DNA of 64,000 nucleotides from Escherichia coli (GTDB lineage Bacteria; Pseudomonadota; Gammaproteobacteria; Enterobacterales; Enterobacteriaceae): NCBI RefSeq assembly GCF_003991155.1, contig NZ_CP031293.1; one strand, 5' to 3'. Shown piece by piece: positions 55,770 to 64,000 of this stretch (position 1 is its first letter; each line of letters starts with the position of its first letter). The notes under the pieces were generated by a model. It saw only the letters and a program-made list of their open reading frames with translations, ran no database searches and was not told where the DNA came from. The position numbers and the translations under genes were made by a program.

Positions 55770-56483
55770 ATGGGCGCTTTTACAGGTAAGACAGTTCTCA
55801 TCCTCGGTGGTAGCCGTGGAATCGGTGCCGCTATCGTACGTCGTTTCGTCACCGATGGAGCCAATGTACGATTCACCTATGCGGGGTCGAAAGATGCCGC
55901 TGAACGCCTGGCACATGAGACTGGAGCGACAGCAGTATTCACAGATAGCGCTGACAGAGACGCTGTTATTGATGTCGTTCGTAAGAGCGGCGCATTGGAT
56001 ATCCTGGTGGTAAATGCAGGTATTGGCGTCTTTGGCGATGCCCTGGAATTAAATGCCGACGATATTGATCGCCTTTTCAAAATCAATATTCATGCTCCTT
56101 ATCATGCCTCTGTTGAAGCCGCCCGGCAGATGCCCGAAGGCGGGCGTATCTTAATCATCGGCTCCGTGAATGGCGATCGTATGCCTGTTGCAGGCATGGC
56201 TGCTTATGCCGCCAGTAAATCTGCCCTGCAAGGCATGGCGCGCGGGCTGGCCCGTGATTTTGGACCGCGTGCGATCACCATTAACGTCGTCCAGCCAGGA
56301 CCAATTGATACCGACGCTAATCCCGCCAACGGGCCAATGCGCGATATGTTGCATAGTTTTATGGCCATCAAAAGACATGGGCAACCGGAAGAGGTCGCTG
56401 GTATGGTCGCATGGTTAGCAGGGCCAGAAGCCAGTTTTGTTACCGGCGCGATGCATACCATTGATGGCGCATTTGGCGCATAA
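55770..56483 (+). CDS. bdcA: short-chain dehydrogenase-family protein BdcA (YjgI)
   Basis: ORF 55692..56483 trimmed to MGAFTGKTVLILGGSRGIGAA (Rossmann TGxxxGIG), 237 aa. Confidence 0.85.
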   Translation: MGAFTGKTVLILGGSRGIGAAIVRRFVTDGANVRFTYAGSKDAAERLAHETGATAVFTDSADRDAVIDVVRKSGALDILVVNAGIGVFGDALELNADDIDRLFKINIHAPYHASVEAARQMPEGGRILIIGSVNGDRMPVAGMAAYAASKSALQGMARGLARDFGPRAITINVVQPGPIDTDANPANGPMRDMLHSFMAIKRHGQPEEVAGMVAWLAGPEASFVTGAMHTIDGAFGA

Positions 56484-56614
56484 CCGACTACGCTCAATTA
56501 AGCCCAGCCATTATCCATGATGTCTGGGTTTTGTTTACTCACGTCGTCCCCCTAAAAGCGGCTCCCGGTAAATATAAATCTTCTGTTCATGTCGTAAATC
56601 TTGAGGATAACCAA

Positions 56615-57010
56615 ATGGTAGAAAGAACCGCTGTTTTCCCTGCTGGCCGACATTCACTGTATGCTGAGCATCGTTATTCTGCGGCTATTCGTTCCGGCGA
56701 TTTGCTGTTTGTTTCCGGGCAAGTAGGAAGTCGAGAGGACGGAACACCAGAACCCGATTTTCAGCAACAAGTCAGACTGGCATTTGATAATTTGCATGCG
56801 ACCCTGGCTGCTGCGGGATGCACTTTTGACGATATCATTGATGTTACGAGCTTTCATACCGATCCAGAAAAACAATTTGAAGACATCATGACGGTGAAAA
56901 ATGAAATATTTAGCGCCCCACCTTATCCAAACTGGACGGCGGTGGGTGTTACATGGCTGGCAGGCTTTGATTTTGAAATTAAAGTGATAGCGCGCATCCC
57001 TGAGCAGTAA
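56615..57010 (+). CDS. yjgH: RidA/YjgF-family protein YjgH
   Basis: ORF 56531..57010 trimmed to MVERTAVFPAG (131 aa); RidA-like fold sequence. Confidence 0.8.
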   Translation: MVERTAVFPAGRHSLYAEHRYSAAIRSGDLLFVSGQVGSREDGTPEPDFQQQVRLAFDNLHATLAAAGCTFDDIIDVTSFHTDPEKQFEDIMTVKNEIFSAPPYPNWTAVGVTWLAGFDFEIKVIARIPEQ

Positions 57011-57290
57011 GCAATAGTGTTAGCCGTTCGCTTTCACACTCCGCCCTATAAGTCGGATGAATGGAATAAAATGCATATCTGATTGCGTGAAAGTGAAAAA
57101 GAAAAAAGCAGGGAATGTCTGCAATTATTGATACCGAAGGACAGTTCCCCTGCAGAATCACATCAAATAAAAATGCATATACCTTGACTTTTAATTCAAA
57201 TAAACCGTTTGCGCTGACAAAATATTGCATCAAATGCTTGCGCCGCTTCTGACGATGAGTATAATGCCGGACAATTTGCCGGGAGGATGT

Positions 57291-57425
57291 ATGGTTCAGT
57301 GTGTTCGACATTTTGTCTTACCGCGTCTGAAAAAAGACGCTGGTCTGCCGTTTTTCTTCCCGTTGATCACCCATTCCCAGCCCCTCAATCGAGGGGCTTT
57401 TTTTTGCCCAGGCGTCAGGAGATAA
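57291..57425 (+). CDS. pyrL: pyrBI operon leader peptide (44 aa)
   Basis: MVQCVRHFVLPRLKKDAGLPFFFPLITHSQPLNRGAFFCPGVRR; overlaps attenuator hairpin; ends 4 nt before pyrB. Confidence 0.9.
   Translation: MVQCVRHFVLPRLKKDAGLPFFFPLITHSQPLNRGAFFCPGVRR
57380..57405 (+). terminator. pyrBI attenuator (UTP-sensitive intrinsic terminator)
   Basis: GCCCCTC-AAT-CGAGGGGC hairpin followed by TTTTTTTT inside the leader ORF. Confidence 0.85.
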
Positions 57426-57428
57426 AAG

Positions 57429-58364
57429 ATGGCTAATCCGCTATATCAGAAACATATCATTTCCATAAACGACCTTAGTCGCGATGACCTTAATCTGGTG
57501 CTGGCGACAGCGGCGAAACTGAAAGCAAACCCGCAACCAGAGCTGTTGAAGCACAAAGTCATTGCCAGCTGTTTCTTCGAAGCCTCTACCCGTACCCGCC
57601 TCTCTTTCGAAACATCTATGCACCGCCTGGGTGCCAGCGTGGTGGGCTTCTCCGACAGCGCCAATACATCACTGGGTAAAAAGGGCGAAACGCTGGCCGA
57701 TACCATTTCGGTTATCAGCACTTACGTCGATGCGATAGTGATGCGTCATCCGCAGGAAGGTGCGGCGCGCCTGGCCACCGAGTTTTCCGGCAATGTACCG
57801 GTACTGAATGCCGGTGATGGCTCCAACCAACATCCGACGCAAACCTTGCTGGACTTATTCACTATTCAGGAAACCCAGGGGCGTCTGGACAATCTCCACG
57901 TCGCAATGGTTGGTGACCTGAAATATGGCCGCACCGTTCACTCCCTGACTCAGGCGTTAGCGAAGTTCGACGGCAACCGTTTTTACTTCATCGCGCCGGA
58001 CGCGCTGGCAATGCCGCAATACATTCTGGATATGCTCGATGAAAAAGGGATCGCATGGAGTCTGCACAGCTCTATTGAAGAAGTGATGGCGGAAGTAGAC
58101 ATCCTGTACATGACCCGCGTGCAAAAAGAGCGTCTGGACCCGTCCGAGTACGCCAACGTGAAAGCGCAGTTTGTTCTTCGCGCCAGCGATCTCCACAACG
58201 CCAAAGCCAATATGAAAGTGCTGCATCCGCTGCCGCGTGTTGATGAGATTGCGACGGATGTTGATAAAACGCCACACGCCTGGTACTTCCAGCAGGCAGG
58301 CAACGGGATTTTCGCTCGCCAGGCGTTACTGGCACTGGTTCTGAATCGCGATCTGGTACTGTAA
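57429..58364 (+). CDS. pyrB: aspartate carbamoyltransferase catalytic subunit
   Basis: 311 aa; STRTR and HPLP motifs. Confidence 0.97.
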
Positions 58365-58376
58365 GGGGAAATAGAG

Positions 58377-58838
58377 ATGACACACGATAATAAATTGCAG
58401 GTTGAAGCTATTAAACGCGGCACGGTAATTGACCATATCCCCGCCCAGATCGGTTTTAAGCTGTTGAGTCTGTTCAAGCTGACCGAAACGGATCAGCGCA
58501 TCACCATCGGTCTGAACTTGCCTTCTGGCGAGATGGGCCGCAAAGATCTGATCAAAATCGAAAATACCTTTTTGAGTGAAGATCAGGTTGATCAACTGGC
58601 GTTATATGCACCGCAAGCCACGGTAAATCGTATCGACAACTATGAAGTGGTAGGTAAATCGCGCCCCAGCCTGCCGGAGCGCATCGACAATGTGCTGATC
58701 TGCCCGAACAGCAACTGTATCAGCCATGCCGAACCGGTTTCATCCAGCTTTGCCGTGCGAAAACGCGCCAATGATATCGCGCTCAAATGCAAATACTGTG
58801 AAAAAGAGTTTTCCCATAATGTGGTGCTGGCCAATTAA
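58377..58838 (+). CDS. pyrI: aspartate carbamoyltransferase regulatory subunit
   Basis: 153 aa; C-terminal zinc domain CxxxxC...CKYCEK. Confidence 0.97.
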   Translation: MTHDNKLQVEAIKRGTVIDHIPAQIGFKLLSLFKLTETDQRITIGLNLPSGEMGRKDLIKIENTFLSEDQVDQLALYAPQATVNRIDNYEVVGKSRPSLPERIDNVLICPNSNCISHAEPVSSSFAVRKRANDIALKCKYCEKEFSHNVVLAN

Positions 58839-58855
58839 TTGCGGTTGGTAATAAA

Positions 58856-58888
58856 AGTCTGGCTCCCTATAATGAGCCAGACTTTTTA
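58856..58888 (+). terminator. rho-independent terminator after pyrI
   Basis: AGTCTGGCTC/GAGCCAGACT stem followed by TTTT. Confidence 0.7.
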
Positions 58889-58910
58889 CCGCTGTAATAA
58901 AGGAGAAATC

Positions 58911-59297
58911 ATGAGCAAAACTATCGCGACGGAAAATGCACCGGCAGCTATCGGTCCTTACGTACAGGGCGTTGATCTGGGCAATATGATCATCACCTCC
59001 GGTCAGATCCCGGTAAATCCGAAAACGGGTGAAGTACCGGCAGACGTCGCTGCACAGGCACGTCAGTCGCTGGATAACGTAAAAGCGATCGTCGAAGCCG
59101 CTGGCCTGAAAGTGGGCGATATCGTTAAAACCACCGTGTTTGTGAAAGATCTGAACGACTTCGCAACCGTTAATGCTACCTACGAAGCCTTCTTCACCGA
59201 ACACAACGCCACCTTCCCGGCACGTTCTTGCGTTGAAGTAGCCCGTCTGCCGAAAGACGTGAAGATTGAGATCGAAGCGATCGCTGTTCGTCGCTAA
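58911..59297 (+). CDS. ridA: enamine/imine deaminase RidA (YjgF)
   Basis: ORF 58839..59297 trimmed to ATG 58911 (AAGGAG 5 nt upstream); MSKTIATENAPAAIGPYVQG, 128 aa. Confidence 0.95.
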   Translation: MSKTIATENAPAAIGPYVQGVDLGNMIITSGQIPVNPKTGEVPADVAAQARQSLDNVKAIVEAAGLKVGDIVKTTVFVKDLNDFATVNATYEAFFTEHNATFPARSCVEVARLPKDVKIEIEAIAVRR

Positions 59298-59349
59298 TCT
59301 TGATGGAAATCCGGGCTATCATGCCCGGATTAAGTCTGATGACAAACGC

Positions 59350-59445
59350 AAAATCGCCTGATGCGCTACGCTTATCAGGCCTACGTGATTCCTGCAATTT
59401 ATTGAATTTATTGGCCGGATAAGGCATTTACGCCGCATCCGGCAT
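59350..59445. repeat. BIME: two inverted REP palindromes (GCCTGATGCGCTACGCTTATCAGGCCTAC / GCCGGATAAGGCATTTACGCCGCATCCGGC)
   Basis: Classic REP consensus seen twice in opposite orientation between ridA and mgtA. Confidence 0.85.
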
Positions 59446-59502
59446 GAACAAAACTCACTTTGTCTGCAATCTGAATCCGGGTCACCATGTCCAGTTGATT
59501 CT

Positions 59503-62199
59503 TTATTGCCAGCCGTAACGACGGCTATAGAACCCTTTCACCAACTGGGTTAACGTCATATACCCTGCCAGAATCGCAACCAGCCACGGGAAATAGCTTA
59601 ACGGCAGCGCCTGCAGTTGCAGATAACTGGCCAGCGGTGAAAAAGGCAATGCGATCCCGACAATCATCACGATCACGGTCATGATCATTAACGGCCACGA
59701 TGCACAGCTCTGAATAAACGGTACACGACGGGTGCGGATCATATGCACAATCAGCGTTTGCGACAGTAATCCCACCACAAACCAGCCCGACTGGAACAGC
59801 GTTTGCGTTTCCGGCGTGTTGGCATGGAATACCCACCACATCAGGCAAAACGTCAGAATATCGAAGATCGAGCTGATCGGTCCGAAGAAGACCATAAAGC
59901 GCCCCAGATCCGCCGGATTCCAACGCTGCGGCTTTTGAATTTGCTCGTCGTCGACGTTATCAAATGGGATCGCCACCTGTGACACATCGTACAGCAGATT
60001 TTGAATAAGCAAGTGTAGCGGCAACATCGGCAGGAAGGGCAAGAAAGCACTCGCCACCAGCACGCTGAACACATTACCGAAGTTAGAGCTCGCCGTCATT
60101 TTGATGTATTTCAACATGTTGGCGAAAGTGCGACGTCCCTCAATAACCCCCTCTTCCAGCACCATCAGGCTTTTTTCCAGCAGGATGATATCAGCCGCTT
60201 CACGAGCAATATCTACTGCGCCGTCCACAGAAATGCCGATATCCGCAGCGCGTAAGGCGGGCGCATCATTAATACCATCGCCCATAAAGCCAACCACATG
60301 CCCTTCGCGCTTCAGCAACGTTACGATGCGTTCTTTATGCATCGGCGTCAGACGAGCAAACAGCGTGGTGCGCTGTGCGAGATTTGCCAGTTCGTCGTCA
60401 GATAGCGTTTCAATATCACTACCAATGACCACCTCTCCCGCGTCCAGCCCCACTTCATGGCACACTTTCGCTGCAACTAACTCACTGTCGCCAGTAAGGA
60501 TTTTTACGGTAATGCCACTCGCTTTTAATGCCTTCAGTGCCGGAGCAGTTGTCTCTTTTGGCGGATCAAGGAAAGCAATATATCCTTCGAGGATCAGGTC
60601 GGATTCATCCGCCCGCTGGTAATCTCCTTCACGCGCTGGCAGGTATTTCGTCGCCACCGCAACCACGCGCAGCCCCTGACGATTCAGCGTATCAGTAACC
60701 CGCTTAATCTTACGCAGCATAATGTCATCGAGCGGTACAATCTCGCCATTGTGACGCACCTGCGAACACACATTGAGGATTTCCTGCAATGCGCCTTTGC
60801 AAACCAGCTGATGGTGTTCGGTATTTTCTGCCACAACCACCGACATCCGACGACGCTCGAAATCAAACGGAATCTCATCAATTTTTTGCCAACGGCTGGC
60901 CAGCGAACGCGCTGACTCTTCATCCGTACCTTCGAGCACCGCGGTATCAAGCAGGTTTTTAAGTCCGGTCTGGTAATGACTGTTCAACCACGCACTATGC
61001 AGCACGCGTTCGCTGGTTTTACCGGAGATATCGGTATGATTCTCCAGCACAATTTTATCCTGTGTCAGGGTGCCGGTTTTATCAGTGCACAGAATATCCA
61101 TTGCGCCAAAGTTCTGAATGGCATCCAGATGTTTGACGATCACTTTCTGTTTCGACAACTTTACTGCACCGCGCGCCAGCGTCGAGGTAACAATCATCGG
61201 CAACATTTCCGGCGTTAAGCCTACCGCGACCGAAAGCGCAAACAGTGCCGCTTCCCACCAGTCGCCTTTGGTGTAACCATTGATTAACAGCACCACCGGA
61301 GCCATCACCAGCATAAAGCGAATCAGCAGCATACTGACGCGGCTGATCCCTTGCTGAAAGGCATTCGGCTCGCTTTCCTGCTCACTAACACGCCCCGCCA
61401 GTTGACCAAACCAGGTATTGGCACCTGTGGCAATCACCATTGCTTGTGCCGTGCCGCTCACCACGGTGGTGCCCATAAAACACAGGGTGTCGCACTCCAG
61501 CGGATTGCTGTGCTCCGGCTGGCGAGTAGTAGCGGCTTTTTCCACGGGCAGAGACTCACCGGTTAACGACGCCTGAGCGACGAACAGATCCCGCGCCTGC
61601 AAGATACGTAAATCTGCCGGGATCATATCCCCTGCCGCCAGTTTTATAATATCGCCGGGCACCAGCTGGTCGATCGGGATCTCCAGCCAGCCATTTTCGC
61701 CTTTGTCGTTAATTACGCGCAGCACCGTCGCAGTATTGCTGACCATCGCTTTCAGGGCATCTGCCGCTTTAGTGGAACGTGCTTCCTGAATAAAGTTCAG
61801 CAACGTAGAAATAGCGACCATTAGCGCGATAACGCCCGCGGCAAATAAATCTTCCGTGGCGTAAGAAATAGCGCCGAGAATGGTGAGTAAAATATTAAAG
61901 GGGTTGCGATAGCAGACCCATAAATGAACCCACCACGGCGACGGTTGTTGTGCGGGTAATTTATTTTCACCATGTTGTTCGCGGGCAGATTCCACTTCCG
62001 CCTGATTTAATCCTTCCGGATGGGTGTCGAACGTTTTCCACAATTCTTCTTCGGGCATCACCGCCATTTTCAGGCAATGCGCACTTAAGGACGGCGGGAC
62101 CGCCGTATTCACTGTCTGCTGCGCGCCAGGCAATGGATCGCGATGAACCAGACGGGAAGGTAAATGGCGAATGAACCGGGTAAAAATTTCTTTAAACAT
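59503..62199 (-). CDS. mgtA: Mg2+-importing P-type ATPase MgtA
   Basis: 898 aa; phosphorylation motif DKTGTLT, hinge GDGINDAPAL. Confidence 0.97.
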   Translation of the reverse strand: MFKEIFTRFIRHLPSRLVHRDPLPGAQQTVNTAVPPSLSAHCLKMAVMPEEELWKTFDTHPEGLNQAEVESAREQHGENKLPAQQPSPWWVHLWVCYRNPFNILLTILGAISYATEDLFAAGVIALMVAISTLLNFIQEARSTKAADALKAMVSNTATVLRVINDKGENGWLEIPIDQLVPGDIIKLAAGDMIPADLRILQARDLFVAQASLTGESLPVEKAATTRQPEHSNPLECDTLCFMGTTVVSGTAQAMVIATGANTWFGQLAGRVSEQESEPNAFQQGISRVSMLLIRFMLVMAPVVLLINGYTKGDWWEAALFALSVAVGLTPEMLPMIVTSTLARGAVKLSKQKVIVKHLDAIQNFGAMDILCTDKTGTLTQDKIVLENHTDISGKTSERVLHSAWLNSHYQTGLKNLLDTAVLEGTDEESARSLASRWQKIDEIPFDFERRRMSVVVAENTEHHQLVCKGALQEILNVCSQVRHNGEIVPLDDIMLRKIKRVTDTLNRQGLRVVAVATKYLPAREGDYQRADESDLILEGYIAFLDPPKETTAPALKALKASGITVKILTGDSELVAAKVCHEVGLDAGEVVIGSDIETLSDDELANLAQRTTLFARLTPMHKERIVTLLKREGHVVGFMGDGINDAPALRAADIGISVDGAVDIAREAADIILLEKSLMVLEEGVIEGRRTFANMLKYIKMTASSNFGNVFSVLVASAFLPFLPMLPLHLLIQNLLYDVSQVAIPFDNVDDEQIQKPQRWNPADLGRFMVFFGPISSIFDILTFCLMWWVFHANTPETQTLFQSGWFVVGLLSQTLIVHMIRTRRVPFIQSCASWPLMIMTVIVMIVGIALPFSPLASYLQLQALPLSYFPWLVAILAGYMTLTQLVKGFYSRRYGWQ

Positions 62200-62577
62200 A
62201 AGGAGTCCCTCCGCACTGTCTGAAACAGTACAGAAATGTCTTCAGGCGTGGCGAAGCCTTACCTGAAGGTAATAAAGCTGAGCAGGGACGTTAAAACGTC
62301 ACGGCCTTACGCATCCGGTAACGCCGTGAAAAGACGGGCTTACCGGAAAAGTTTTAATCTCCGTCGAGGGAGAGGCGTGGGATCAGGTTCCATATAACCT
62401 CCGGTAAGTGAAAAAAGCGCCGCAAATAATAAGGAGAATCCAATAATATTCGTAGCATCTATGGCGATATAATACCTGCTGGCAACTAAACCAACGATAA
62501 ACCAGACTTTACCCATTGCTGAATGCACGGGTAAAGTTAGGCTCAAATAATTAAACAACACGTTACGGGACAACAGG
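62200..62577 (-). promoter_or_regulatory. mgtA 5' leader / promoter region (contains mgtL)
   Basis: Long untranslated leader between treR and mgtA carrying the proline-rich leader ORF; known Mg2+/proline-responsive attenuation region. Confidence 0.6.
62340..62393 (-). CDS. mgtL: mgtA leader peptide MgtL (17 aa)
   Basis: Translates exactly to [17 protein letters not shown]. Confidence 0.9.
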
Positions 62578-63525
62578 ATGCAAAATCGGCTGACCATCAA
62601 AGACATCGCGCGCTTAAGCGGCGTGGGGAAATCTACGGTTTCCCGGGTGCTGAATAACGAAAGCGGCGTGAGCCAGCGCACGCGCGAGCGTGTTGAAGCA
62701 GTGATGAATCAGCATGGATTTTCCCCTTCCCGCTCTGCGCGCGCTATGCGTGGGCAAAGCGATAAAGTGGTCGCCATCATTGTTACCCGTCTGGATTCGT
62801 TGTCAGAAAATCTCGCCGTTCAAACCATGCTGCCAGCGTTCTATGAACAAGGTTACGACCCAATCATGATGGAAAGTCAGTTTTCCCCGCAATTAGTTGC
62901 CGAACATTTGGGGGTCCTGAAACGGCGTAATATCGACGGCGTAGTGCTGTTCGGTTTTACCGGCATAACAGAAGAAATGTTAGCCCACTGGCAGTCATCG
63001 CTGGTTCTGCTGGCGCGTGACGCAAAAGGCTTTGCTTCAGTCTGTTATGACGACGAAGGGGCAATCAAGATCCTGATGCAACGGCTGTATGACCAGGGGC
63101 ATCGTAATATCAGTTATCTCGGCGTGCCGCATAGTGACGTGACGACCGGTAAGCGACGTCACGAAGCCTACCTGGCGTTCTGCAAAGCGCATAAATTGCA
63201 TCCCGTTGCCGCTCTGCCAGGGCTTGCTATGAAGCAAGGCTATGAGAACGTAGCAAAAGTGATTACGCCTGAAACTACCGCGTTACTGTGCGCAACCGAC
63301 ACGCTGGCACTTGGCGCAAGTAAATACCTGCAAGAGCAACGCATCGACACCTTGCAACTGGCGAGCGTCGGTAATACACCGTTAATGAAATTCCTCCATC
63401 CGGAGATCGTAACCGTAGATCCCGGTTACGCCGAAGCTGGACGCCAGGCGGCCTGCCAGTTGATCGCGCAGGTAACCGGGCGCAGCGAACCGCAACAAAT
63501 CATCATCCCCGCCACCCTGTCCTGA
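62578..63525 (+). CDS. treR: trehalose operon repressor TreR (LacI family)
   Basis: 315 aa; N-terminal HTH LTIKDIARLSGVGKSTVSRVLN. Confidence 0.95.
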   Translation: MQNRLTIKDIARLSGVGKSTVSRVLNNESGVSQRTRERVEAVMNQHGFSPSRSARAMRGQSDKVVAIIVTRLDSLSENLAVQTMLPAFYEQGYDPIMMESQFSPQLVAEHLGVLKRRNIDGVVLFGFTGITEEMLAHWQSSLVLLARDAKGFASVCYDDEGAIKILMQRLYDQGHRNISYLGVPHSDVTTGKRRHEAYLAFCKAHKLHPVAALPGLAMKQGYENVAKVITPETTALLCATDTLALGASKYLQEQRIDTLQLASVGNTPLMKFLHPEIVTVDPGYAEAGRQAACQLIAQVTGRSEPQQIIIPATLS

Positions 63526-63643
63526 TCGTTTCCCGAACGATAAATTGTGATCTTCGCTGCGTTTCGGGAACGTTCCCGTTTTTAAATTTTTCCGCGCAAT
63601 ATATTCTGCAGCCAACCAAAAATGTCATCTGCCATGGGGCTTT

Positions 63644-64000
63644 ATGATGAGCAAAATAAACCAAACGGATATCGATCGGTTGATTGAACTGGTCGGCGGG
63701 CGCGGCAATATTGCGACGGTGAGCCACTGTATTACTCGCCTGCGCTTTGTCCTCAACCAACCGGCCAATGCCAGACCGAAAGAAATTGAGCAACTCCCCA
63801 TGGTGAAAGGCTGTTTCACCAATGCCGGGCAATTTCAGGTGGTGATTGGCACCAACGTGGGTGATTACTATCAAGCACTGATTGCGTCAACCGGACAGGC
63901 GCAGGTTGATAAAGAGCAGGTAAAAAAAGCCGCCCGGCAGAATATGAAATGGCATGAGCAGTTGATCTCTCATTTCGCGGAGATCTTCTTCCCGTTGCTG
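63644..64000 (+). CDS. treB: PTS trehalose-specific EIIBC component, N-terminal fragment (3' end outside window)
   Basis: Open frame from ATG 63644 to window end: MMSKINQTDIDRLIELVGGRGNIATVSHCITRLRF (EIIB Cys motif); not in ORF track because it has no in-window stop. Confidence 0.85.
   Translation, partial: MMSKINQTDIDRLIELVGGRGNIATVSHCITRLRFVLNQPANARPKEIEQLPMVKGCFTNAGQFQVVIGTNVGDYYQALIASTGQAQVDKEQVKKAARQNMKWHEQLISHFAEIFFPLL

Overview
Escherichia coli chromosomal segment, in reverse orientation relative to the K-12 MG1655 map. Three parts: (1) 1-13.8 kb: 3' end of gntP, the complete type 1 fimbrial cluster (fimH-G-F-D-C-I-A, the 314-bp fimS invertible switch, fimE, fimB) and the sialic-acid genes nanC-nanM-nanS. 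(2) ~13.8-33.6 kb: an accessory island next to tRNA-Leu (leuX) with no integrase or transposase, partly very AT-rich, packed with nucleic-acid-targeting genes: a translationally coupled ABC/OLD-like ATPase plus fused HsdM-HsdS-type adenine methyltransferase; a type I R-M operon with two tandem hsdM paralogues (hsdM-hsdM-hsdS-hsdR); a solitary TIR-domain protein; an Mrr-family nuclease; an 1171-aa SF1 helicase-PLD nuclease fusion; a small RNase HI-like protein with its catalytic acidic residues replaced; and an HNH nuclease. (3) 33.6-64 kb: conserved core genes leuX, ahr, idnK/idnDOTR, yjgR, lptGF, pepA, holC, valS, yjgN, yjgM, rraB, argI, yjgL, tabA, bdcR, bdcA, yjgH, pyrL-pyrBI, ridA, mgtA with mgtL leader, treR and the 5' end of treB. 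The most promising candidates for an undescribed system are the ATPase + methyltransferase-TRD pair and the inactive-RNase-H + HNH pair. All functional calls rest on motifs read by eye and on synteny; no database search was run.
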